64,000 nucleotides of DNA, taken from contig CAVSMN010000007.1 in the NCBI GenBank assembly GCA_963729045.1, positions 1 through 64,000 of the forward strand, written 5' to 3'. This DNA is from an uncultured Nitrososphaeraceae archaeon (GTDB taxonomy: Archaea > Thermoproteota > Nitrososphaeria > Nitrososphaerales > Nitrososphaeraceae). The notes under the pieces were generated by a model. That model had not been told where the DNA came from and did no database searches. It saw nothing but the letters and a program-made list of their open reading frames with translations. Both the position numbers and the translations under genes were made by a program. The first letter of the stretch is position 1; every line of letters begins with the position of its first letter. This document shows positions 1 to 10,550 of this stretch, in pieces.

Positions 1-443
1 TAACAAATAAGATTTGGTGATCCCGCAAAAAAGATTTCACTCAAACTATTCATTTAGTATTAGTAATGATAGCAGATATTCTCGGTCTTAGGTAAAATTA
101 TACATTTAAGCCTAGTAGGAAGAGAACATCCTTTTTTTGCTACAATTTGACATCCCTTTGTAAATTGATAGGCGCTAATCATTCTCATTTTTTGATAATA
201 ATGTTAGATTACTTACAATCCGTTAAATCATACAATTGGTAAATGAACTTCGTCTTCGGGTGATTATTGTTTGATCACGGTACTGAAATCGTAGTGAATT
301 GCAGGGATGTTAGAATTATGATTCCCTTGAGGTTATCAGATTGTTTTCTGTCATCGTATCTTTCTTACTATAAAAAATATTGTACATTTTTTTAAGTAAT
401 GAGTTATCAAACTCCTTTATTATATAATGCTATTACTTCTTGA

Positions 444-2322
444 ATGATAAAGATTTTATCATTAAGTGTGCTACTAATATTAACAGTCCTGATTATAACC
501 GGACCAACTGCACAAATGGTTTTTTATCAAAGCGTTACTGCTCAAGGATCAAATAGTTACGAAAGTAGTACCTCAAATTTTGATATAAATAGCATATTTA
601 ATAACCTTCAAAACAGTTTTCTAAATCCAATAGATGGATTGAATTCCGACAATGCTAAAGTTCAAGGATCAAATAGTTACGAAAGTAGTACTCAAATTTT
701 GATATAAATAGCATATTTAATAACCTTCAAAACAGTTTTACCGATCCACTGGGACAAGTTGACATAACTTTTCCTCCTGAACCCACTGACTCTATGGTGC
801 CTGTAAATCAACCAAGCTCCACTGACTCTATGACCCCTGTAAATCAACCAAGCTCCACTGACTCTATGACGCCTGTAAATCAACCAATCTCCACTGACTC
901 TATGGTGCCTGTAAATCAACCAAGCTCCACTGACTCTATGGTGCCTGTAAATCAACCAAGCTCCACTGACTCTATGGTGCCTGTAAATCAACCAAGCTCC
1001 ACTGACTCTATGGTGCCTGTAAATCAACCAAGCTCCACTGACTCTATGGTGCCTGTAAATCAACCAAGCTCCACTGACTCTATGACGCCTGTAAATCAAC
1101 CAAGCTCCACTGACTCTATGATGCCTGTAAATCAACCAAGCTCCACTGACTCTATGATGCCTGTAAATCAACCAATCTCCACTGACTCTATGACCCCTGT
1201 AAATCAACCAATCTCCACTGACTCTACGACGCCTGTAAATCAACCAAGCTCCACTGACTCTATAACGCCTGTAAATCAACCAAGCTCCACTGACTCCACT
1301 GACTCTATAGCACCTCAGAGCGATAAATCCAAGGACGAATCAAAGCTCCACTGACAAACCCTCTACCACTGAAGAATCAACTCCACATGACTCTACTGAC
1401 TCTATAGCACCTCAGAGCGATAAATCCAAGGACGAATCAATCTCCACTGACAAACCCTCTACCACTGAAGAATCAAGCTCACAGATCCACTGACTCTATA
1501 GCACCTCAGAGCGATAAATCCAAGGACGAATCAACTCCACTGACAAACCCTCTACCACTGAAGAATCAAGCTCACGATTCTACTGACTCTATAGCACCTC
1601 AGAGCGATAAATCCAAGGACGAATCAACCTCCACTGACAAACCCTCTACCACTGAAGAATCAAACTCCACTGACTCCACTGACTCCACTGCACCAGCTCC
1701 ACTGACTCCACTGACTCCACTGACTCCACTGACTCCATACCACTGACAAACCAACTCCACTGAAGAATCAATGCTCCACTGACTCCATAGCACCTCAGAG
1801 CGATAAATCCAAGGACGAATCAAGCTCCACTGACAAACCCTCTACCACTGAAGAATCAAGACTCCACTGACTCCACTGACTCCATAGCACCTCAGAGCGA
1901 TAAATCCAAGGACGAATCAAGCTCCACTGACTCCACTGACTATAACACCTCAGACCGATAAACTCCAAGGAAGAATCAAGCTCCACTGACTCCACTGACT
2001 CTATAGCACCTCAGAGCGATAAATCCAAGGACGAATCAACTGACTCCACTGACAAACCCTCTACCACTGAAGAATCAGACTCCACTGACTCCACTGACTC
2101 TATAGCACCTCAGAGCGATAAATCCAAGGACGAATCAAGCTCCACTGACAAACCCTCTACCACTGAAGAATCAATCTCACTGACTCCATAGCACCTCAGA
2201 GCGATAAATCCAAGGACGAATCAAGCTCCACTGACAAACTCTCAAATGCAGCCATTGAAAAACCGGTAGGAATTACGAAGGTGATATCTCCAACCAATAC
2301 AAATCCTTCAATTGAAAGCTAA
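444..2322 (+). CDS. Exported Ser/Thr/Asp/Pro-rich (mucin-like) tandem-repeat protein; frame broken several times
   Basis: Signal-peptide-like N-terminus (MIKILSLSVLLILTVLII), then ORF pieces 444-707 and 794-1354 and further SDKSKDESSSTDKPSTTEES repeats; the unique C-terminus ends at TAA 2320-2322. Confidence 0.7.
541..740 (+). repeat. Direct duplication of ~80 bp with 120-bp period
   Basis: tcaaggatcaaatagttacgaaagtagtac...aaccttcaaaacagtttt occurs at ~542-620 and ~662-739; the second copy lacks one C. Confidence 0.9.
794..1297 (+). repeat. 36-bp coding tandem repeat, 14 copies (MxPVNQP[S/I]STDS)
   Basis: 14 x 12-aa units counted in the 794-1354 translation. Confidence 0.95.
1298..2240 (+). 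repeat. ~60-100-bp coding tandem repeat, ~10 copies (IAPQSDKSKDESSSTDKPSTTEES), with embedded tccactgac 9-mers
   Basis: gcacctcagagcgataaatccaaggacgaatca recurs at about 1310, 1407, 1501, 1594, 1790, 1887, 1947 (variant), 2006, 2105 and 2191. Confidence 0.9.
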
Positions 2323-2735
2323 TCCTGAAATCAGCAGGTCATGATATCTTCAGAGTTACAATTTTTTTATCTTCCACTATCGGTTAAGACCTTCAACGAA
2401 AAGAAATCCGAAAGATTAGATTAAGTGCCACCTTTTTAAGGATTGAATAATTAATACAAACTGCTGACAACCAAATTATCAAGTAGTAATCTTATATCGA
2501 ATCATAGTCACATTTTTTTGAAAAGTCTTGTCCAGTTTGGCCTGTCGCCATATTCCATTTTATTCACTGTCAAACTTGAGCCTTGTAAATAGAAATTGGC
2601 ATGGCAAAGATTGATAGGAATTTAGATATCTTTTTTTGGTAAATTAAGTTAGATGACTTCCTATTGTCCGAGCACAGCAATCATACAAATAGGTTCAAGA
2701 TTGGTGTTTAATAAAGACCGTCAAGTTTAGAGAGT

Positions 2736-3014
2736 ATGTCTAAAAATGATCAGCAGGGCCAGTGTGAGCATATTAATCAAGCCGATTTGGAAAAGCCAGG
2801 GAATACACAGGGTTGTGAAGAATGTGAAAAAACCGGTTCCGAATGGGTACATTTGAGACTTTGTCTAACATGTGGTCATGTCGGATGTTGCGACGCTTCG
2901 AGAAATAAACACGGAACAAAGCATTTTAAGGATACTATGCATCCTGTAATCAAATCATTTGAACCAGGAGAATCATGGAAGTGGTGTTTTGTGGATGAAA
3001 TATTTGCAGAATGA
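2736..3014 (+). CDS. Stand-alone UBP-type zinc finger (zf-UBP) protein
   Basis: CEH...CEEC...WVHLRLCLTCGHVGCCD...HGTKHF...HP...WKWCFVDE pattern. Confidence 0.9.
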   Translation: MSKNDQQGQCEHINQADLEKPGNTQGCEECEKTGSEWVHLRLCLTCGHVGCCDASRNKHGTKHFKDTMHPVIKSFEPGESWKWCFVDEIFAE

Positions 3015-3647
3015 GGTTTTAGATACGATGTAGAAGGAGTTGATCGAATTGGATAACTTGCTCCAAATTTAACAGTAAATGTCATTCAAATGATGACTTG
3101 TTCTCTAACTGGTAAGCCTCCTCCATAAACCAACCTTTAACGACAAGTGTATTTTTAGATAAAGGAGAAACCGTTTTGATTTAGTTATCTACAATAGGCA
3201 TTTGGGGATGACATTTCAGCGAGGATTATGTAAGAATTGATAAACTATGAGAATACCTTACTAATAATATCTTTAAACAAATAAAGAATAGAATTCTCAA
3301 GGCCTCAAAATAAAAAAATCTTTATGATTAATTAGGTCATAATATTTTCGCATCTTAAATTACTAGATATGGAAATTATCCAACAATAAAATTCTCCACA
3401 ACTCAATTAACGTGATAATTTCATTTTTCTCTCAGACCAACACAAACACACTATTTAGAATTATTGTTGCTTGTAATTTAACCAGATTCTATCCTCTTTA
3501 ATTATACCTTAGCATAATGCTCGTATCGCTTTTCTATTCCTCTATTACTCCCGGTTTCGATCTATATCTACGATTTATTCAGTTCTGCCGGTTCCATAAT
3601 ACTGCTAATCTGGTTCTGATGATTTAGATTCATTTGGAGACTTGGAC

Positions 3648-4838
3648 TCAGAATCTGACATCATTTTTTCTTTCAGCCAATTTTAATCCTAATTTTATCA
3701 AATATGGCGCTAAGAATGTAGAAATCAGGGTTATAGTACCAATAATAGGTAATATAAAAGAACTCACCACTCCAATGTCTATTCCTCCCTTCGCTACAAT
3801 TAGCGACATCTCTCCACCTCTTGATGCCGAGAGATCGATACCGGTCTGCATGGCAGTGAGTTTGCTAAATCCTTGATATCTTGAAGTTAAGAAAACAATA
3901 GCAAATTTTACGACTGAGGTAACACCCACAAGTATTAGTGCGGGAATTATGAATACTGGTATCAAATTGATATCCATTAATGCCCCTACTGAAACGAAGA
4001 ATAACGCAACGAACATATCTCTGATGGGTGTCGTTAGGATGCTTGTAACAGCATGAGATTTTGATTCAGCTATTAATACTCCTGCAAAAAAGGCCCCAAC
4101 CGCTACTGAAATCCCAAGCAAGTTTGAAACATATGCAAAGCCAAAGGCTAGACCAAGTACAGCCACTACCAAAACGTCACTCTGATTTGTCCTTGCAACA
4201 AAATCGACTAAGCGTGGAATCGTTCTCGAACCTATTATCAAAACCCCAGCAATAAATGCTATCGTTATGCCTATGGGGATTAAGATTTCTACTATCGATA
4301 TATTTCCTGTTACAGTGGTTGAATGCAATAAGGCAAATATAGACAGTATTATTATGTCCTCAATTATCAGAATCCCTAAAGTAAGATATGAAGCCTCCTC
4401 TCTTAGGATTTTTAATTCTTCTAAAACCTTCATTATTACCACTGTGCTAGAAACAGATAATGCAACTGCCATAAACAGGCTATCATAGAATGACATATTC
4501 AGTGCTTGACCCACAAAAAACCCTGCAATCATTGTTCCAGTTTGTTCTGCTAAAGTGATGATTGTAGCTCTTTTACCAATTTTTTTTAGATTTCGAATGG
4601 GGAATTCCATTCCGACTGTAAATAGCAGCAAAATTATTCCAATTTCTGCAAATAAATTTAAAACTTCTACATTGCTAATGAAACTGAAAGGAGGGGTATG
4701 TGGTCCTATGATTATACCTGCTCCTATGTATCCCAAAATTAGTGGCTGCTTCAATTTGTATGAAATAATCGTCATTACCGCTGCGATTATCATTATTGTC
4801 GCAAAATCTTGTAAAATTTGGGTTATTTCTATAGCCAC
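3648..4838 (-). CDS. Cation:proton antiporter, CPA2 (Kef-like) family
   Basis: Multi-TM protein with GIILLLFTVGMEF, LSVSST and LIIED motifs. The true C-terminus may continue in another frame (MMSDSESKSPNESKSSEPD*) to ~3605. Confidence 0.9.
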   Translation of the reverse strand: MAIEITQILQDFATIMIIAAVMTIISYKLKQPLILGYIGAGIIIGPHTPPFSFISNVEVLNLFAEIGIILLLFTVGMEFPIRNLKKIGKRATIITLAEQTGTMIAGFFVGQALNMSFYDSLFMAVALSVSSTVVIMKVLEELKILREEASYLTLGILIIEDIIILSIFALLHSTTVTGNISIVEILIPIGITIAFIAGVLIIGSRTIPRLVDFVARTNQSDVLVVAVLGLAFGFAYVSNLLGISVAVGAFFAGVLIAESKSHAVTSILTTPIRDMFVALFFVSVGALMDINLIPVFIIPALILVGVTSVVKFAIVFLTSRYQGFSKLTAMQTGIDLSASRGGEMSLIVAKGGIDIGVVSSFILPIIGTITLISTFLAPYLIKLGLKLAERKNDVRF

Positions 4839-5038
4839 AGTAAAAATTAATATATATATTATATAAATAATTGTAATTGTTTATTTGACATTGTGTCGAA
4901 AGAGCTTTATTGACCTAAATATGAGATTCCGATTCTGATAATGCAGAGTTTTCCGAATTGAAATTAATTTGGAATTACATCAACAAATTGTTTCACAGAA
5001 GAGTGACACAGTCTTATTTATTCCATCTTTAATCCTGG

Positions 5039-5452
5039 TTAGGGGATCTTTTCACCTTCCGCAGTTATTTTATAGTGGTCGACATTATTTGCACTAACAA
5101 AAAAATAGAAATCTCTTTCATACCCTGGTTTAAAAGTTGACGAAGCAGGGGTAATGAATCTACTGGTTTCTGAAACGGTGGAATTTTTAGAATCGAATAA
5201 TTCTACCAGAACTTTTACATCCCTAGTATCGAATGTCGAATTATTTATAGCTGTGCCTTTAACAGTTATTAATCCTGTTGGACTCTCCCCTACTTCAATT
5301 TCTCTAAGCTCAAGATTAATTATTGTGCTAGATAGTGAATTTATAATTCCTTGTTCTTGCGAGTTTACTTGATTTGTTGGTAGATTTACTAGAAATATGA
5401 TGACTATTAGAACACTTGGAATCAAAATGAAGGAATTTCTTATTATATTCAC
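5039..5452 (-). CDS. Exported Ig-like (FxLYD-type) domain protein
   Basis: N-terminal hydrophobic segment; VKGTAINNS...VKVLVELFD...FKPG pattern. Confidence 0.6.
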   Translation of the reverse strand: MNIIRNSFILIPSVLIVIIFLVNLPTNQVNSQEQGIINSLSSTIINLELREIEVGESPTGLITVKGTAINNSTFDTRDVKVLVELFDSKNSTVSETSRFITPASSTFKPGYERDFYFFVSANNVDHYKITAEGEKIP

Positions 5453-5755
5453 TCTTTTTCCTCTCCCTGCTTAATATTTCATACCGTAACCTAGATATGA
5501 ATTGTTCTTCGGAAGGTAAAGTTATAATAATTTAATAAAACTTTAAAGTTTTTGTATTTGAAACTAAGATTGAGTTAATTGTGCAGTAACTGGATGATGA
5601 GATTGTGAATAATACTAATAAAATATTTTAATATCAATATCTTGATTTATTCAATAAACGAGAAATTGTCTTCTTATATTAGGAAAATCTCTGAATTGGA
5701 CATACTATATTTTCTGAAAACACAGTAATTCGGAATAGATCCTTATAAATTATAT

Positions 5756-5938
5756 TTAACTTACTCTGTCCCCGTCTTCTACTTCAATAATTTGGTCGTC
5801 TGGATATTTGACCACCTGAATATTACAATGCTTGCATTCGTAGTATTGAATGTCATGCCTATGACTAATAGATCCGTTCAGCCATATCATCATATTTCCA
5901 CATCTTAAACAAGACATAGTCATATACATGACTGACAA
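5756..5938 (-). CDS. Small zinc-ribbon protein (two CxxC pairs)
   Basis: CLRCG and YECKHCN in a ~55-60 aa ORF; exact start uncertain. Confidence 0.6.
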   Translation of the reverse strand: MSVMYMTMSCLRCGNMMIWLNGSISHRHDIQYYECKHCNIQVVKYPDDQIIEVEDGDRVS

Positions 5939-6084
5939 ATCTGTGATATTAAACTCTTTTGATTTTTTAATAATTTAGATTAAAAGAGCTTTTAGATAAA
6001 TATTCATAAATACTAAAACTTATTAACCTAGAGACGATTGTAATTTACACAATCATTTATATAATAAGGACAAATGGTAAAATT

Positions 6085-6303
6085 ATGAGTTTGTACCCCG
6101 AGCTTAGAATTATAAACAGTGACAATGTACCAAAACTAGCAATTGGTATCTTAGCCGTCATAGCAATATTTAGTATTTATATAGTAGGATATGATCAAGG
6201 ACAGCTTTTTAGTATGGTACAAGGAAGCGAAGCTTTTGACACAATGTGGCTTCATGAATTTACTCATGATATAAGACACGCTGCCGGTTTCCCATGTCAC
6301 TAG
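6085..6303 (+). CDS. cbtB: Cobalt transporter subunit CbtB
   Basis: Single TM helix and the C-terminal HEFTHDIRHAAGFPCH signature. Confidence 0.9.
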   Translation: MSLYPELRIINSDNVPKLAIGILAVIAIFSIYIVGYDQGQLFSMVQGSEAFDTMWLHEFTHDIRHAAGFPCH

Positions 6304-6502
6304 ACTCACTATATGTTTTCTTTTTAGCCTGATATTCTCATAGATAAAACAATATTTCATATATTATTCAATCTATTTATCAGGATCACCTCTAAATACA
6401 GACAATTTCTCATTGATTATGGTAGATTGTGTTGTTGCTTTTAACCCGCATTTCTAAGTTGTAAAATTTATATTAAAATTGTATATGATAGAGATCGTAT
6501 CC

Positions 6503-7576
6503 ATGGGTAAAAAAATAAATGTTGCAATTGCCGGCGTAGGAAATTGCGCTTCTGCTCTCGTTCAGGGAATTCACTATTACAATTCTAATTCATCGTCTAA
6601 GGATTCTGTCGGTCTTACATCATTTAACCTTGGAGGCTATGAGCCAAGTGATATTAATTTTGTTGCTGCGTTTGATATTGCCGAATCAAAAGTAGGAAAG
6701 GATCTGTCTGAAGCTATCCTCTCACCACCAAACAATGCCCTGCAAATTGTTGATGTTCCTCCGACTGGAATTAAAGTTCAAAAGGGTAAAGTGTTAGATG
6801 GGGCAGGGAGGCATTTTTCAGAGGTAGTAAAACTTTCTGGTGAGACACATGTCGATGTTTACAATGCACTTAAAGAAACACATGCTGATATTTTGATTAA
6901 TTATTTGCCTGTGGGTAGTAGAGAGGCTAGCAGATATTATGCTGAAAAATGCCTAGACGCAGGTGTTTGTTTTATTAATGCAATCCCAGTTTTCATATCA
7001 TCAGATTCTGTTTGGCAAAAACGTTTCGTTGAAAAAAATGTTCCTTGTGCAGGCGATGATGTAATGAGCCAATTAGGTGCTACCGTAGTTCATAAGACTT
7101 TGGCAAAGTTGTGGGTGGACAGAGGAGTCTCAATAGATGAGACATATCAATTGAATGTTGGTGGGGATATGGATTTCTACAACATGTTAGATGAAGAACG
7201 ATTGGAAGACAAGCGAGTTAGCAAAACTTCAGCGGTACAGGCTATGATACCATATGACGTGCCGATGAGGATAGGTCCATCTGACTATGTTAATTTTCTT
7301 CATAATGATAAAGTTTGCTATATTTACATGAAAGGTAGATTTTTTGGAAAGGTGCCATTAGAATTAGATGTGAAACTACGTGTCCCGGATGCATATAATA
7401 GTTCAGGTGTGATGATTGATGCAATTAGAGGCGCCAAAATCGCACTTGATAGAAATATTTCTGGACCTTTAGAGAGTATCTCTGCGTATTGTTTTAAACA
7501 CCCTCCAGTTCAGATGTCATACTCAACTGCGAAATCTAGTTTCATTGATTTTATCGAAGGAAAAAAGGAACGATAG
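6503..7576 (+). CDS. ino1: Myo-inositol-1-phosphate synthase
   Basis: VAIAGVGNCASALVQG, NYLPVGS, YQLNVGGDMDFYNM and DAIRGAKIALDR motifs; ATG 6503 preferred over TTG 6479. Confidence 0.95.
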   Translation: MGKKINVAIAGVGNCASALVQGIHYYNSNSSSKDSVGLTSFNLGGYEPSDINFVAAFDIAESKVGKDLSEAILSPPNNALQIVDVPPTGIKVQKGKVLDGAGRHFSEVVKLSGETHVDVYNALKETHADILINYLPVGSREASRYYAEKCLDAGVCFINAIPVFISSDSVWQKRFVEKNVPCAGDDVMSQLGATVVHKTLAKLWVDRGVSIDETYQLNVGGDMDFYNMLDEERLEDKRVSKTSAVQAMIPYDVPMRIGPSDYVNFLHNDKVCYIYMKGRFFGKVPLELDVKLRVPDAYNSSGVMIDAIRGAKIALDRNISGPLESISAYCFKHPPVQMSYSTAKSSFIDFIEGKKER

Positions 7577-7626
7577 GCTAATTTGGTTTATTTTCATTGG
7601 CCCAATATCCACGTTGATTTTTGAAC

Positions 7627-8689
7627 TTATTTTAGCATATACGTTGGTTTTGCTAGATCAGTAATATCTATCCAACATTTTGCAATCTTATCAAGGCAGG
7701 AAATACTGTTTATCATTGCAATTGAATATGTATCGTTTATCACAATCTCCTTATCAGATGTTATATGTTTTTTTAATTCAGAAATTGATTCCTTAAATTC
7801 TTCATAGTTTTCATTTACCTTAAACGCCTTATCTCTGCTTGTACTTGTAAAAGCCTCAATGGAATAGTGCTGCATTTCTTCCAGTGAATGCCCCGTTTTC
7901 CTAATCAAGTCAGCGATCTGCTTTTTTTCCTTAAGTTCAGATAGGTATGATACCAATTCTGCTATTAAATCTCCCGCATTTTCTAGATAATTAGCTGCTA
8001 TCCTGTAATCAAGCATATCTATATTACTTAGATTCAGGTTGCTTGCAAGTTTCTTATTCATAATAGCTGTTCTTATTACTCTAACTAAAAGGAAATATTG
8101 TCTGTCTATTTCATCGTCTCGACTGTCAATTTTCTTCTTTAGATCTCTTCCAAAGCCTTCACTAAGTGAACGAATAGTTTCCTTGAACATTCCTGTTATG
8201 ATTGAATTCATCATACTCAATATTTTTTCAATGTTTAAAGTTTTAGCATCAATTAAGAATTGAAGATGTATGTTATAGCTGATTCTCATCTACAATCTCT
8301 AGTCCAATTAATTTTCTAGTAGCCCTTTTTATTGTTTCACTATCTTCAAATGATATCTGATTCTTCGAATGTATGTTTATCATATTATACCCCAATAGGT
8401 AAGCACCAAAAATCTTGTTTAGAAGGATTTTGATTAATTTATCCTTAATTTCTACCTGTTCAGCAGCGTCATTTTTTGATTGTTGGTTACTATTCTCCTG
8501 CCCATACTCAAATTCTATCTTTATTTCTTCGTCTTGGTAATTATCATAAATTGAAATGGTGTTGTCGATATTAGTTTCTATGGTTAGGCTGTTTCCCTTA
8601 CCTAGTGAGTTTTTCTTTATCCAATCATTTGGAAGCGATATAAGAATACTACTGCCGATTTGTTGTAATATTCGAGTATATATTGTCAT
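7627..8689 (-). CDS. Phosphate uptake regulator (AbrB-like + PhoU domains); frameshift near 8280
   Basis: RILQQIGSSILISLPNDW N-terminus, LIGLEIVDE and RDDEIDRQYFLLVR; the two ORFs join on removing one base. Confidence 0.85.
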
Positions 8690-8759
8690 AATTTGTATAT
8701 ATGAATATAAATAAATTATACTATATTTTTATATTTACTTTTGATATTAATAGAGTGTA

Positions 8760-9713
8760 GTGGTTTTAGTTACTCAAGTGCCTGTGGCAGTGGCAAAGGC
8801 GTATAGTCCTGGTCACATTACTGGTTTCTTTTCCACACCGGACTCACATATTTCAACAATAGATCCAAAATTTCTTGGATCTATGGGTGCTGGTTTTAGC
8901 ATTGATAAAGGAATTACATCTACCGTTAAAGTATTTTCTTCAAATGAAAAGAACTATGAAATAAAACTAAACGGGATCCCTAATTTTGAGCTAAAGGTAT
9001 CAAATTTTGTCATAGCATCTTATATGCGGGTAATCCGTGAGCCTGTTTATCTTTCAATTGAACATGAATCTGATTTACCTATTGGGTATGGTTTGGGATC
9101 CAGTGGCTCGGCCGCTCTAAGTCTTTCTTATGCCCTTAATGAGGCGTTAAAGACCAACCTAACCAAAGTCCAAGCAGCTCAAATAGCACATAACGCTGAT
9201 GTAGTTTGTAGAACTGGACTGGGAACAGTGATATCGGAATTTACAGGTGGTTTTGAGCTTCGATTGAGTGTTGGCGGACCTGGCATTGGCCGAGTTATCA
9301 AATCTAAATTGTCAACAGACTGGTGCGTTATCGTTTTATGCCTTGAACCTATTAAAACAGAACTATGGTTAGATAAGTGGGTTACAAATGAGAACAAACA
9401 CTCTTTGAATCTTCTGGGTAGAAAAATGGTAAATGTTTTACATCAAGATCCAAAAGTGGAATCATTTCTTGAGATGTCTTATCAATTTGCTCATGAATAT
9501 CATTTGGATAAGGGCAAATGTCAAAACCCACTAAACCTTCTGCAGGCAGAAGGCATTCAGGCTAGTGTGGCACTCTTTGGACATACTTTATTTACTCTGA
9601 CCGAAAGAGACAAGGTACCTAGAATTGTGAAATTACTAGAACAATTTAAGGGCCAATTACTGGTGTGTGGCATTGATAATTTGGGTGCCAGATTAGTTAG
9701 AAGAAATGACTAA
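8760..9713 (+). CDS. pok: Pantoate kinase (GHMP family)
   Basis: AYSPGHITGFF, PIGYGLGSSG and TGLGTV; adjacent to pps and panB. Confidence 0.92.
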   Translation: MVLVTQVPVAVAKAYSPGHITGFFSTPDSHISTIDPKFLGSMGAGFSIDKGITSTVKVFSSNEKNYEIKLNGIPNFELKVSNFVIASYMRVIREPVYLSIEHESDLPIGYGLGSSGSAALSLSYALNEALKTNLTKVQAAQIAHNADVVCRTGLGTVISEFTGGFELRLSVGGPGIGRVIKSKLSTDWCVIVLCLEPIKTELWLDKWVTNENKHSLNLLGRKMVNVLHQDPKVESFLEMSYQFAHEYHLDKGKCQNPLNLLQAEGIQASVALFGHTLFTLTERDKVPRIVKLLEQFKGQLLVCGIDNLGARLVRRND

Positions 9714-9715
9714 GT

Positions 9716-10486
9716 ATGGAAAGGAAAATAAAATTACACGAGAGTCATCCAAGGTATTTATCATTGTTAGCACGAGAAAAACTGGTAACAGGTTTCAAGC
9801 GGGGTTTAGTAGCATCAGAGGGTCTAATCGCTCACGGGAGAGGGGAATGCTTTGACTATTTGCTAGGAGAATGCACAACAGAATCCGCTAGATCTGCCAT
9901 AAATGTTGCTTCTGCCATCTTATTACTCGCTAAATATCCGGTAATTTCTATAAATGGTAACGTGACAGCTCTATGCGTAGACCAGATATGTGGGTTAAAT
10001 AGATCTCTAGAATACTCAGCTGTTGAAATAAATCTTTTTTACTATACAAAAGAGAGAGAAAAGTTGATATCTGAAGAATTCAAAAAATACGGATTGACAA
10101 GAATATTTGGTATTGATCCCAAAAATCTTGTAAGCATTCCTGAACTAGAGAGCAACAGAAGATTTGTCGACAGGGACGGAATATCTAAAGCTGACGTTGT
10201 CTTTGTACCTCTAGAGGATGGTGATAGAACCATAGCCTTAAAACGGATGAATAAGAAAGTCATCACTGTGGATTTGAACCCACTTTCAAGAACTGCATTG
10301 TCATCGGATATAACAATAGTCGATAATATTGTAAGGGTAATTCCCCAACTTATCAAATGCGTGGAATATCATAGAAACCATTCTAGTGAAAATGACCTTA
10401 AGAATCTTATTGAGAGCTTTGATAATTTGGATGGCCTAAAAAAGGCACTTGAAGTAATGAAATCCAAACAGATTCCATTTCAATAA
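9716..10486 (+). CDS. pps: 4-phosphopantoate--beta-alanine ligase (phosphopantothenate synthetase)
   Basis: HPRYLSL, GLIAHGRGECFDYLLGE, VPLEDGDR and DLNPLSRT motifs. Confidence 0.95.
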   Translation: MERKIKLHESHPRYLSLLAREKLVTGFKRGLVASEGLIAHGRGECFDYLLGECTTESARSAINVASAILLLAKYPVISINGNVTALCVDQICGLNRSLEYSAVEINLFYYTKEREKLISEEFKKYGLTRIFGIDPKNLVSIPELESNRRFVDRDGISKADVVFVPLEDGDRTIALKRMNKKVITVDLNPLSRTALSSDITIVDNIVRVIPQLIKCVEYHRNHSSENDLKNLIESFDNLDGLKKALEVMKSKQIPFQ

Positions 10487-10550
10487 AAATGAACCAGGTA
10501 TTCATTCTACTGGGTTTTTTAGACTCTTATGTTGGGAGTTATGATTAGAT

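Noticed and set aside
783..1297. 36-bp periodic array resembling a CRISPR
   Set aside because: The units are contiguous with no unique spacers, keep a reading frame, and no cas genes are present.
692..1995. Minus-strand ORFs with WLIYRHHRVSG or SVELDSS repeats
   Set aside because: Antisense shadows of the plus-strand coding repeats.
3090..3112. ATGATGA followed by 12 nt and CTGG as a possible C/D sRNA
   Set aside because: No proper D box, second box pair or terminal stem.
5939..6084. Cobalamin riboswitch upstream of cbtB
   Set aside because: Short, very AT-rich region with no B12-box or stem structure visible.
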